Assembly (NCBI GenBank): GCA_018238155.1
Contig: JABCTZ010000046.1
Location: forward strand, 64,001 to 128,000
DNA: 64,000 nt
DNA from: Candidatus Heimdallarchaeota archaeon
GTDB taxonomy: Archaea; Asgardarchaeota; Heimdallarchaeia; JABLTI01
Reading direction: 5' to 3'
Position numbers and translations under genes: made by a program. The notes beneath the pieces are model-generated. The model saw nothing but the letters and a program-made list of their open reading frames with translations. It made no database searches and had not been told where the DNA came from. This document shows, in pieces, positions 1 through 9,739 of this stretch; position 1 is the first letter of the stretch, and each line of letters begins with the position of its first letter.

Positions 1-2
1 CT

Positions 3-344
3 GCTGCAGCAAAAGTTCTCAAAGGTAAGAAAATCAAATATGGAGTACGATTACTAGTTTATCCCGCATCTCAAGCTGTTTTACTTGAAGGAATGAGTAC
101 CGGAGTTATTCAAACTCTTGTTGAAGCAGGAGGAGAATTAGCAGTTCCCGGTTGTGGTCCTTGTTTAGGTGCTTACGGTGGATGTTTAGCACCTGGAGAA
201 ACAGCAATATCTTCGGCCAATCGCAACTTCAAAGGACGAATGGGATGTAAGGATGAGACGGGCATCTATTTAGGCAGTCCAGCAACTGTTGCAGCCTCAG
301 TAATTGCCGGCAAGATAGTTGCACCCCCTAAGGAGGTTTTCTAA
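3..344 (+). CDS. leuC: 3-isopropylmalate dehydratase/homoaconitase large subunit, C-terminal part (5' end outside the window)
   Basis: Frame is open from position 3 (AAAKVLKGKK...PASQAV). Contains the aconitase Fe-S motif PGCGPCLG plus SSANRNFKGRMG and YLGSPATVAAS. LeuC versus HacA cannot be resolved. Confidence 0.88.
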   Translation, partial: AAAKVLKGKKIKYGVRLLVYPASQAVLLEGMSTGVIQTLVEAGGELAVPGCGPCLGAYGGCLAPGETAISSANRNFKGRMGCKDETGIYLGSPATVAASVIAGKIVAPPKEVF

Positions 345-859
345 TGAAATTTAAAGGAAGATTGTGGATATTTACAGATAAGAATCTAAATACTGATCAG
401 ATATTTCCAGGCAAGTATACATATGATCCTCTTACTCTCGAGCAAATGGCAGAGCATGCATTAGAAGATTATTTGCCTAATTTTGCAAAAGAGGTGAAAA
501 AAGGCGATATTATTATTGGTGGGCAGAATTTCGGTTCTGGTTCCTCTCGAGAACAAGCCGTGAAGTGTTTAAAAGCGGCTGGAATTTCAGCTATTATTGG
601 AATTTCTTTTGCAAGAATTTATTATCGTAATGCTATCAATGTTGCCTTCCCACTAGTCCAATGCCCAGAAGCGGTTAACTATATCTTTGAAAATCAAGAG
701 ACTCTTAAAAATGAGGAGCTTACAGTAGATTTAACCAATGGAAAAGTAGCTATTGCCGATAAGTCTTTTTCATTTCCTCCTTTAGACGGAGAAGCACTCA
801 ATATATTCACTACGGGTGGTTTAATTGAATATACTAAAAAGAAGTTAAGTGAAAAATAA
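344..859 (+). CDS. leuD: 3-isopropylmalate dehydratase/homoaconitase small subunit
   Basis: NTDQIFPGKY, NFGSGSSREQA and SFARIYYRNAIN motifs. TAATG overlap with the large subunit and an AAGGAGG SD. Confidence 0.88.
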   Translation: MKFKGRLWIFTDKNLNTDQIFPGKYTYDPLTLEQMAEHALEDYLPNFAKEVKKGDIIIGGQNFGSGSSREQAVKCLKAAGISAIIGISFARIYYRNAINVAFPLVQCPEAVNYIFENQETLKNEELTVDLTNGKVAIADKSFSFPPLDGEALNIFTTGGLIEYTKKKLSEK

Positions 860-1065
860 TCCACTTAATTTTCTATCTTTTATTATTATCGCTCTTTTTA
901 TACGGAAACGTTTACTAGATAATAAGGATACTTTTCTAAGAGATTTTACAGATTATCGAACATCATATATATATTCTATTAATCATATAGAATGGATGGA
1001 TATGAATTTATTGCAATTTAATTGCTAACTATTGAATCTTAGAATTGGAAAGAATGGTTTGATGA

Positions 1066-1431
1066 TTGATGGCTAAAATTATGATTGTTGAAGATATGAT
1101 TGTTATTCAGAAGATGCTTAATGAAATTTTAAGTATAAAAGGTCATCAAGTAATTTTTATTGCGGGAACAGGACAACAAGCGATTGATTATTTTATCAAT
1201 CCAAACAATGAATGTCCAGAGATAGTTATTATGGATCATAGAATGCCCGGTAAAGATGGATTAACTTCTTTCAAAGAAGTTTTAGCAATAAATGAAACGG
1301 TCAAGATAATCTTTGTTAGTGCAGATGAAAGTGTACGTGAGGAAGCTCTAGCCAGTGGAGCTTCTGGATATTTAATCAAACCAATAACAATTAAATCGAT
1401 GTTAAATATAATTGATGATTTAGTAACTTAA
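1066..1431 (+). CDS. stand-alone response regulator receiver (CheY-like)
   Basis: IMIVED, IMDHRMPGKDG (phospho-Asp), FVSA and YLIKP motifs. Confidence 0.92.
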   Translation: MMAKIMIVEDMIVIQKMLNEILSIKGHQVIFIAGTGQQAIDYFINPNNECPEIVIMDHRMPGKDGLTSFKEVLAINETVKIIFVSADESVREEALASGASGYLIKPITIKSMLNIIDDLVT

Positions 1432-1440
1432 TCTTACTTA

Positions 1441-2703
1441 CTAAAATAACACTTCTAATGTAAGATTATTTTCTGAAAAATATCTCAATACTCGAGATAA
1501 TAATTTTGGATTCACATCTTCTATAATGCTGATGATAAGTGAAATCTCACCTTCTGAGGAATTATCTAGAAATTGTTGAACTAATTCTTTGTCAGGTAAA
1601 CTCAATAGAAACAAATCAGAGAGCTGATTGACTCTTTCAATCAAGTGATTTATTTGATCACTAATTAGTTGTATCGCTTTGGAATTTTTTAACCCTAAAA
1701 TAGACTTGGATAATTTTGAGCAGAACTGATTTATTACTCCACCAAAAATTTTCCCTCGAGTAAAATCTATTACAATTTTACTGCTAATTGACAGGTGTTG
1801 AAGAGAGGACATCATATCTTCTGTACAATAATCAAGAACATGATTTGAAGCAGGATATTTTTCCATATCTATTAACTCATAAAAAGTTTCATCCAATATA
1901 CCCAGTACATGGATTATTGTATCTTCAGCAGATTTTGAAAATAATGCTTCTGCATCAGTAATTGGTACAGACCATGGATCACTATAGGTTTCTTTGTGTG
2001 GGAGGAATTCTCTCAGAGTTGCTATAGTTATCATAATTTCTTCTTTTGAACCTACAACTAAAATTCGTTCATTTTTTAGTAGTGCGTGTATAATTCTATC
2101 CATGCAAGTAGGAATTTTTCTAAATAAAAAGTCAAAGTCTGCTTCGTGTTCTATCACATGGGGAACTTCTTCATTACAGGATGAACTAGATACCAAATCA
2201 TTTTCAATTCTTTGCTTAATTAATGCTGTTGATTCAGTTGGATCTCTTGTAGAACTATCCAAAACTTCCATTCGGAGAAGTTTAGACAGACGATGTTTTA
2301 TTTGATCAGGTAGCTGATCCTTTGGATCTCCTTGTGTTAACAGGTCATTTGCAATTTCCTTTACAGATGTAGAGATATTCGGAATGGATTTAAAGAGTGA
2401 CATTTGCTCTGATCGATCAACTAAAGTCACTATCCCTAAAGTCCTTTTTCCACCTCTAGCAGTTTCATCATCTACAAAAAAGAAGGTTGAATAAGCAACA
2501 TAGCCTTCATCTACAAATGGAATAACAGATTCAACAAAATCTTCGTGAATAATACCTGTTTCTGTTGTAAGAGATAATGTACTTAGATGAGATTTCATTG
2601 ATACCTTTTCAGCAAACCTAGTATCCAATCCTTCTGAATATAAGCAACCAGGACCAAATTTATCATCAAATCTAATTAAACAGACGCCACGTTTATTCGA
2701 CAG
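1441..2703 (-). CDS. folliculin/SMCR8-like longin-DENN domain protein
   Basis: The frame stays open 25 codons upstream of the tracked TTG (2628), to a CTG at 2703 preceded by GTGGGGT. This adds VCLIRFDDKFGP, a uDENN/longin beta1-beta2 motif. Also has TFFFVDDETARGGKR (FLCN-like) and ALLKNERILVVG (cDENN-like). Confidence 0.72.
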   Translation of the reverse strand: MSNKRGVCLIRFDDKFGPGCLYSEGLDTRFAEKVSMKSHLSTLSLTTETGIIHEDFVESVIPFVDEGYVAYSTFFFVDDETARGGKRTLGIVTLVDRSEQMSLFKSIPNISTSVKEIANDLLTQGDPKDQLPDQIKHRLSKLLRMEVLDSSTRDPTESTALIKQRIENDLVSSSSCNEEVPHVIEHEADFDFLFRKIPTCMDRIIHALLKNERILVVGSKEEIMITIATLREFLPHKETYSDPWSVPITDAEALFSKSAEDTIIHVLGILDETFYELIDMEKYPASNHVLDYCTEDMMSSLQHLSISSKIVIDFTRGKIFGGVINQFCSKLSKSILGLKNSKAIQLISDQINHLIERVNQLSDLFLLSLPDKELVQQFLDNSSEGEISLIISIIEDVNPKLLSRVLRYFSENNLTLEVLF

Positions 2704-2772
2704 GTTTTGTACCCCACTGAATTAATTTCCTAACTATTTTTATTCGTTTTTTAAATTAAAAAACTTTTAGAA

Positions 2773-2937
2773 ATGAGCAAAAGAAGCAACTTTCATTATC
2801 AAGAAAATAAATTAGCGATTTATTTGAATTCTGAAGACAAAGAGTGTATTATTAACTGGTTATGTGAAAAAGCTTTTCCTATAGAAAAGTCATGGTTATT
2901 AGTAAAGGAAAAAAAGATGACCTTTATTTATTATTGA
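2773..2937 (+). CDS. possible small hypothetical protein (54 aa), possibly a frameshifted remnant
   Basis: ATG-initiated ORF MSKRSNF...FIYY in a 390-bp gap. Another frame continues open downstream (IEIVTNKRLAKFIWLDVIL...). No recognisable motif. Confidence 0.25.
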   Translation: MSKRSNFHYQENKLAIYLNSEDKECIINWLCEKAFPIEKSWLLVKEKKMTFIYY

Positions 2938-3095
2938 AATAGTTACGAACAAAAGACTCGCCAAATTCATCTGGTTAGATGTAATTCTTGAAACTTCAAG
3001 AAAATTAGTTAATCAGTCCAATTTTAGAACAGAATTTAAATTTTTTAGAAAGAAAAATAAAAGAGAAATAAAAGCAAATTATTTGCTTCTATTTA

Positions 3096-5561
3096 TTATG
3101 TTTCTGGTAAACCGTCATCCACAACAGCATGAATACTGGTGTGCAATGTGAGCAATATAGTTCCAATCTCGGGACCAATTAATCCATGAGATACGGGTAG
3201 AATTCCAGTGTAAGTTACTAAGACGCCCTTAATACTACCAATTGCTACTTTGAAAGGAGTCATCAGCACCTTGAATGCTGCGACAGGAGTTCCAGGATTA
3301 GCATCTGCGAGTGCAATACCAGAATCGATTTCAGTTTCTGCTGCATTTAATTCAGCATTTGCATTAACTTCATCATCTTGAGAGATATAATATATTGATG
3401 CAAATGTACCATTTACTGCTTTCGTAATGTAATCCATTTCCAAAGCGAATTCTACGGGTTGGAAAGCACTACTAATTGTTTCTGACAGTGCTAGAGCAGC
3501 ATTACTCATGATCGAATAACCCGAGCTATTAGCTTTATCTCCAATTAAAGTTAGTACTGCAGAAGCTTCCGCACCTGCAACAATACCTGCGGTACTATTT
3601 GAAATCGAATAACTCATATTTGCAAATACTTGATCATATTCCATTGTTGGTGAATAGATGTCTTTTGTTGAATTTGTTCCTTCATCATGGAATACATCTA
3701 AAGCTAAAATGATATTTCCAATTGTGCCTCCAATATAACCTTCTTCAGCTATAATTGGTGTGAGCAATGAGAGAGTATCATTTACGAAATCAAAGAATCC
3801 TAAAGCAGACTCAGATTCTTCAACTTCTGCTCTTCTTGTAGAAGTAAATATTGATTTTACAATATCCAATTCTGCAGATGCATTTGTAAGATACGTTTGA
3901 CTTTTGACGAATTGATAACCCAACATCAATCGTACATTTCCTACTAGCATATTGAACATCGCACGAAGTATGTTAGGTGTTGTATCAATTAAATCTAGTA
4001 AGAGCGGGATAAGAACACGATATTCATCTGTTACGTTCATCACCATATCCAAACTATCTGCTACTTGATTCAGTACTTGGGCAATTTGAGCATTTCCTTC
4101 GACATCTCGCATTTCTTCAGGATCAATAGTATTGAGAATTGCATCAGCTGTCACGATATGAGCGAAAACATCATCGAAATACTCATCTAATAAATAATCA
4201 ATATCATTGATTATTCCTTCTACTTGAACTTCTGCTGTAGTTAAATCAGCTTCACTTGGTTTCGCTCCACCAGACATATTGAACATTCCTTGGAATGTAT
4301 CAAAAACTTCCATAAATTCATTATATTGGAAATAAAAACCATCGACTTCTACATCAGAATTATTTGAATTATCAAAGAAGCCATGTCCTAATGGACCAAG
4401 AGCTTGTAAAAGTTCAAATCCGGCAAATATCGTTGCGTTGAAAATGTCAACCACAAATCCATATTGCATTGAAGCAGCTTTCAATAGACGCAAAAATTGT
4501 AAGCGATTTAATCCACGGTAGTTATCATGAGCAATATTGAACCAATAACCTGCGCGATCCAATTGTGCTAATATTGCTTCTGTATCAAGTCCTTCAATAG
4601 AAGAAGAATTACCTTGTACAAATGGCATTGCTATTTCTGCGATATTTGCAGCACCAGCTGCTAGTGAACCACCGATTTGTAATCCACTTGATGTACACAA
4701 GAGTAGCCACGGTATTACTACAAGATTAAGTATAATAGCTATTGCTTGAAATGGTAATAAACACCAGGTCATAAAATTCTTTGCTTTTTTAGTGAGTAAA
4801 TTGGAAAGTAACCAAGAACTTGCAATTACTACTGAAAGCATCATTCCAAACATTATCAATAAATCAAATACCCAAACAAAAGTTGCGTAAACGGCATATT
4901 GCTCGTACATATCAACAAATGTTTGATCTATTGGAATAAAGCTAAATCCAAAAACATCTTCTAACCCCATAGAAATTAATCCTAGTGCATTTAGGAAAAT
5001 CAAGTATGGAGAAAAGAACAAAGTAGGATTTTGTCCTCCTGCGTAAAAGACAATTAATGGTATAAAGAATTGTAAACCAAAAATCAACATTCCACCAAGA
5101 ATACCTTTACCAACCTTTCTAACAAATAAGCCGGGTAAAGTACAACAAATCAATAACAGAACGATTTCAACATAAGCCAACCCAGGATGACTTGATGTAC
5201 CAATAAAGTTGAATATTAACATTACAACGGCTGAAACACCGATTGCAATAAGAACACCAATCCAAAACCATGGACGTTCTTCTTTTGGAGGTCCTCTGCC
5301 TGGAGGTCCATCAACTTGATAATCTTGGTAATAACTGTCACCATAATATTCTTCTTGAGGTGCTTTTACTTCTTGTTGACCTATTTGATATGGATCTTGT
5401 GATTGATAATTATCAGATTGATACGGTTCACTTCCGTATGGGTCTGGTTGTTTCTCTGGAGGAATTTCACTGCCCCAAGAATATTCTTCTTGCTTCTTTG
5501 GGGGGTCTTCATCATCTTCCTCATTATTAAGGATATCAATGTAATAATCTTCTTCTGACAT
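3096..5561 (-). CDS. multi-pass membrane protein with acidic Pro/Tyr/Gln-rich N-terminal tail and large helical C-terminal domain
   Basis: 821-aa ORF: low-complexity N-terminus, about 6-7 hydrophobic segments (aa ~97-310), then a long amphipathic helical region with N-x-S/T sequons. Confidence 0.8.
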   Translation of the reverse strand: MSEEDYYIDILNNEEDDEDPPKKQEEYSWGSEIPPEKQPDPYGSEPYQSDNYQSQDPYQIGQQEVKAPQEEYYGDSYYQDYQVDGPPGRGPPKEERPWFWIGVLIAIGVSAVVMLIFNFIGTSSHPGLAYVEIVLLLICCTLPGLFVRKVGKGILGGMLIFGLQFFIPLIVFYAGGQNPTLFFSPYLIFLNALGLISMGLEDVFGFSFIPIDQTFVDMYEQYAVYATFVWVFDLLIMFGMMLSVVIASSWLLSNLLTKKAKNFMTWCLLPFQAIAIILNLVVIPWLLLCTSSGLQIGGSLAAGAANIAEIAMPFVQGNSSSIEGLDTEAILAQLDRAGYWFNIAHDNYRGLNRLQFLRLLKAASMQYGFVVDIFNATIFAGFELLQALGPLGHGFFDNSNNSDVEVDGFYFQYNEFMEVFDTFQGMFNMSGGAKPSEADLTTAEVQVEGIINDIDYLLDEYFDDVFAHIVTADAILNTIDPEEMRDVEGNAQIAQVLNQVADSLDMVMNVTDEYRVLIPLLLDLIDTTPNILRAMFNMLVGNVRLMLGYQFVKSQTYLTNASAELDIVKSIFTSTRRAEVEESESALGFFDFVNDTLSLLTPIIAEEGYIGGTIGNIILALDVFHDEGTNSTKDIYSPTMEYDQVFANMSYSISNSTAGIVAGAEASAVLTLIGDKANSSGYSIMSNAALALSETISSAFQPVEFALEMDYITKAVNGTFASIYYISQDDEVNANAELNAAETEIDSGIALADANPGTPVAAFKVLMTPFKVAIGSIKGVLVTYTGILPVSHGLIGPEIGTILLTLHTSIHAVVDDGLPET

Positions 5562-5841
5562 AGAGGCGCCAACCTTTTATAAAATCTATATTATTTTAAC
5601 TTATTCTGTGATAAAAACGTTTCAATTATGGCAAACTGAAACGAAGCTAACTAAATATAATAGAATACCTTCTTATTCAAAAAGCATTCTAATTGAGCAA
5701 CAAAATTATTTTCCATTCCAAAATAAATATGAATATTGACTTTATTTTACGAAAATAATAATATTGAATACTTTCACAAACCTAAAGGATTATAAAATAA
5801 TATTTCAAATCAAATAGTAGGAATGCAAAGGAAGACTGTAA

Positions 5842-6759
5842 ATGTCAGACAGAATAGCATATGATAATACTTCTCGGAATAAATATATGAAAGGCATGAT
5901 AATTCAACCTTTGTCATTCAAAATTGGAGCAAATATAACAAAAGCAATTTTACTCGAATCTATTTGTACACCTAAACCAGGTTTAGTAGACAGAAACAAT
6001 TCTGGTGCGCATAAAGATATGAATATTAGCACTTTCATGGTAAGCTCTGCTACAATATCACATTTTATGGTTCTTGCAGCTCAGATAGCTATTGATCATC
6101 GAGGTGAACTAAATGATCTTTTACCAAAATTACGCTCTATTGGTTTATCTGCAGAAGAAGAGATGTTTTTATCAACAAAGAACATCAATACCCAAAAAGG
6201 GTTGATTTTTTGTGGAGTACTAATTGCTGCTGCAGCAGGGTACCTTGCAACGCGTGAAACGGGTTCATTAAAGATTAATAGAATTCTTTCTGTTGTCCAA
6301 GAAATTACAAAAGGCATTGTTGAACGAGAGTTAATACGTATGCCAAAAGATGAGAAAAAAATCACTTCTGGTGAGTGGATTTTTCTTGACGTTGGAATTA
6401 CAGGCATTAGAGGAGAAGCAGAAAAAGGTTTTCCAAATGCTGAGGCAGCATTTCAAATAATAAAGAAAGCACTTGAATCTGGAGTAGAGATTGAACGAGG
6501 GATGATCATGGCACTCCTCTTTTTAATGACTCGAGTAGATGATACAAATATTTTATCTCGGCATGGATCCGAAGTTCTTACTTGGGTTCGACAAGAAGCA
6601 AATAATTTGGTACTTAGTGAAGATGCTTATTCTGATGAGTGGCTCGAGAGAGTTAGAGATTTAGATACTAAATTTATCAATCAAAATATCAGTCCTGGTG
6701 GTTGTGCTGATCTTTTAGCAGTCGCTTTAATGTTATATTACTTGACAGATGTTCAGTAA
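5842..6759 (+). CDS. citG: triphosphoribosyl-dephospho-CoA synthase
   Basis: TPKPGLVDRNNSGAHKDM, NTQKGLIF, GIRGEAEKGFP, DDTNILSR and NISPGGCADLLA motifs. Confidence 0.93.
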   Translation: MSDRIAYDNTSRNKYMKGMIIQPLSFKIGANITKAILLESICTPKPGLVDRNNSGAHKDMNISTFMVSSATISHFMVLAAQIAIDHRGELNDLLPKLRSIGLSAEEEMFLSTKNINTQKGLIFCGVLIAAAAGYLATRETGSLKINRILSVVQEITKGIVERELIRMPKDEKKITSGEWIFLDVGITGIRGEAEKGFPNAEAAFQIIKKALESGVEIERGMIMALLFLMTRVDDTNILSRHGSEVLTWVRQEANNLVLSEDAYSDEWLERVRDLDTKFINQNISPGGCADLLAVALMLYYLTDVQ

Positions 6760-6778
6760 AAAAAAAGGTTTTTTTTTA
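6757..6778. terminator. bidirectional poly-T terminator between convergent citG and citC
   Basis: T-A9-GG-T9-A palindrome that includes both stop codons and gives a T9 tract on each strand. Confidence 0.65.
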
Positions 6779-7846
6779 GTGACGAGATAATGAGTTCATT
6801 ATCTTCTTAATAATCGGTTTTGCTTCATCTGATCTCAGAAAGCTATATGTTGTAGTTGGAACTAAATCAGTAATTTCAAACATTTTTTCTTCTCTGATTA
6901 ATGCACGAACTTTTGAAGCACTAATTGGTTCTCCATTCACATCTTTTCTAGGAATTACAGTCAATTCTATCCCTTTTGGAATCAAAATTTCTTTCATAGC
7001 CTGATTGTATGCATTTGTCACTAAATCAAATGGTTCTTCTCCAACAAACCTTCTCGTTATGTTAAGAGCGGGAGCAATGTGTTCGCCAAAAATTCTTACA
7101 TCCAATCTTGCTTGTCTTAATGATATATCATCAAAATCTTTCATAAAATATCTTGGAAAAGTTGCTGGTGAAATAATATAATCTCCTCCCTTCAAAACGA
7201 GAACATTATCAAGATGTTTTGTTCCTGCTTTTACTAATTGGTAACGGACATCGGTTGGAAACACAGAGCGATCTTCTGTGACTACAAAAACAAAAAGATA
7301 AGAGCACTCTTTTGCTGCTGTTTCAATAAGAAATTGGTGTCCTAAAGTAAAGGGATTACAATTTACTACAATTGATCCTATCGGACCTTTCTCTGTTTCC
7401 TCAATACCCCTTGTTTGAAACTTTAAATCATCAAGATATTCTCCAATAGAATTGGATCCCATTTCCAAAAGAACAATATCATCAGTTTTGCTAACAACTC
7501 TAAAACCGGTAAAAACATTTCCGGTAGTTTCTTCAATATTTTTTGGATTTGTAAAGACAAAGATGTGACTATTACCTCTCTTATACTGTTCCTTAACGAG
7601 TTGAGATAGAATATGAGCAGAGAGTCCTTCACCTCTCCTTGAAGGATCAATTGCAATGCACTTCAGAACCTTCCCATCAATGCTTCCAGTGCCAACCATT
7701 TCTCCAGTTGCATTATCAATTACTTTCAAAGTAACTTCAATATCTTCTTCGTATTCTAGGTTTTGTTTCTCGAGAAAAGCTTGAAACACTAGTTTCTGTC
7801 GAGCAGAAGGTTTCTCGTAAAATTCATCCAGATAAATTAATGACAT
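6776..7846 (-). CDS. citC: [citrate (pro-3S)-lyase] ligase
   Basis: N-terminal GNAT-like domain, then NCNPFTLGHQFL, GGDYIISPATFPRYF, RFVGEEP and ISASKVR motifs. Confidence 0.93.
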   Translation of the reverse strand: MSLIYLDEFYEKPSARQKLVFQAFLEKQNLEYEEDIEVTLKVIDNATGEMVGTGSIDGKVLKCIAIDPSRRGEGLSAHILSQLVKEQYKRGNSHIFVFTNPKNIEETTGNVFTGFRVVSKTDDIVLLEMGSNSIGEYLDDLKFQTRGIEETEKGPIGSIVVNCNPFTLGHQFLIETAAKECSYLFVFVVTEDRSVFPTDVRYQLVKAGTKHLDNVLVLKGGDYIISPATFPRYFMKDFDDISLRQARLDVRIFGEHIAPALNITRRFVGEEPFDLVTNAYNQAMKEILIPKGIELTVIPRKDVNGEPISASKVRALIREEKMFEITDLVPTTTYSFLRSDEAKPIIKKIMNSLSRH

Positions 7847-7892
7847 GATTTTTCGAACCTTTCACAATGTTATTTTGAAGAACCATAATTAG

Positions 7893-9248
7893 CTATTTAT
7901 TAAAATATTTTTGGAATGTTGGATTTTTATCTATGCATTTAATTTTGCTATCTGCTAGAAAAGACAAAGCTGCTCCTCCACTTAATATTAGATCTATTGC
8001 ATCACCAAAACCACTCGTTCGCATATAAGCAGCAGAATCACCACCCAGAATAGTTATGTGTAAATCTTTTTTCAAGAGTCTAGCCATAAAAGGTAAAGTA
8101 TTCAAACCGTACTCATCAATTTTTCCAAATGGACCTGCAAGAATAAAGGACCAATCGTAGTCTATTTTTCCATTTAAACTATTTATTAAAGGACCAATCG
8201 GTGTGGATAAATATGACAAAATTATATCATTAATAAAATAATTGATTGTGTGATCACCAACATCAAGAATAATTCCATCTTTGTATTTTTTAACATCAGA
8301 GACACTCAGAGTTCGAATAGTCCGTCCACTTTCACCTATTTTAACTGTGAAATCAATAGGTAAATAACAAGCAGCACCATTTTCCATGACCTGTAGAAGT
8401 TCTTTAGCTACATTAATCTCTTTGCAATCGAGAAATTCGTTATTAGCCTTACCAAGTGAAAGACCAGATGCTCGAATAAGAAGTTGAGCGGGGATTCCAC
8501 CAAAGAAAGCAATGACATTTTTCCGTTCAAGAATTTTCTTCATATTACCTAATTTATCAAATTTTGCCCCACCAAAACCAAACATAATCGGTTTAGAAGA
8601 ATACAATCTACTACGAATTTTACTTATTTCATTATATTCGTTGATAAACTCAGGACCAAAAAGTACAGGAGTGGTATCAAAAGTAGGAGCCATTGTTGTA
8701 GTTTCTCTATGAGAAGTTGGAAATGCATCTACAATATAGTAATCTAGAATTGAATCGAATGCTTTATTGAGCTCCTTTCTACCATTTTTTAAATTAGACT
8801 CCATAAAATCACCATTTGAGAGCTTTTCTGTTCGAGTGTTTTCTAACACAATGGCGTCTCCAGGAGCAAAACCAATAAAATCATATTCTGTTAAACTTAA
8901 AATAGGGTCATCTTGAAAATGAACATTGATATTATATAACATTCCATCAAGTAAATCTGCATGTGATTTCAAAGAAATACAAGTATCATCAGGACCATCT
9001 TTGGTCACTCGTCCTTGATGAGCAAAGATGATTGGTACATAACCCATTTTTGTTATACGAATAATTGTCTCTGCACAAACATTCATCCGTGGACTTTTAA
9101 CAACACTTTTGTAATCTTTCCCTTCAAAATGATCGACACTTAATGGACTATTTATGTCTACACGAATCCCAACAAAACCGTTTTTCTTAATCTTCATATT
9201 TTCATAGCTATTTTCTTGAATTATTTTATCGTAGACAGCTGGTTTCAT
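7893..9248 (-). CDS. pgk: phosphoglycerate kinase (divergent, archaeal type)
   Basis: RVDINSP, HQGR, LENTR, DAFPTSHR, GGAK, DVG, GGDS and SGGAAL motifs. Confidence 0.82.
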   Translation of the reverse strand: MKPAVYDKIIQENSYENMKIKKNGFVGIRVDINSPLSVDHFEGKDYKSVVKSPRMNVCAETIIRITKMGYVPIIFAHQGRVTKDGPDDTCISLKSHADLLDGMLYNINVHFQDDPILSLTEYDFIGFAPGDAIVLENTRTEKLSNGDFMESNLKNGRKELNKAFDSILDYYIVDAFPTSHRETTTMAPTFDTTPVLFGPEFINEYNEISKIRSRLYSSKPIMFGFGGAKFDKLGNMKKILERKNVIAFFGGIPAQLLIRASGLSLGKANNEFLDCKEINVAKELLQVMENGAACYLPIDFTVKIGESGRTIRTLSVSDVKKYKDGIILDVGDHTINYFINDIILSYLSTPIGPLINSLNGKIDYDWSFILAGPFGKIDEYGLNTLPFMARLLKKDLHITILGGDSAAYMRTSGFGDAIDLILSGGAALSFLADSKIKCIDKNPTFQKYFNK

Positions 9249-9352
9249 AGAAGATTGCTCTCCTTCAGTTATTTGAGATAAATATATTATATGAGTATAA
9301 AATAATCTCTCAGATTATAAAATTTACTTTAGTGAAAAAATTGTTATTGTTT

Positions 9353-9739
9353 TTAAATAAGGAAATGCTGTATTTCGATGACGTATCCTTCTGTATCTTC
9401 GAATAGGAAACAACGGATATTCAATTCCTCAACATTATGAGGTTTCGACAAACATTTAACATTCTTTGTTTGTAATTTCATGAACCACTCATCTACGTCT
9501 TCAACTTTGTGTGTAACCAAAGTAATCATTACTGTTTTGTCCTTTTGCCAATTTAAATGCCCTCGCTTTTCATCCACAAGTCCAAGATGTGCACCTTCAG
9601 CTATTTTGTAAATCTTAGCCCAATCTTGGTCTACTGTTTTTTCCCAACCAAACAACTCCTCATAAAATTCAACAGCTTTCTTTAGGTCTTTATAATAAAT
9701 GAAACTTATTTGTGACTCAAAACTCATTATTCTCACCAA
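9353..9739 (-). CDS. VOC/glyoxalase family protein
   Basis: DLKKAVEFYEELFG and FEDTEGYVIEI motifs; about 125 aa. Confidence 0.88.
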   Translation of the reverse strand: MVRIMSFESQISFIYYKDLKKAVEFYEELFGWEKTVDQDWAKIYKIAEGAHLGLVDEKRGHLNWQKDKTVMITLVTHKVEDVDEWFMKLQTKNVKCLSKPHNVEELNIRCFLFEDTEGYVIEIQHFLI

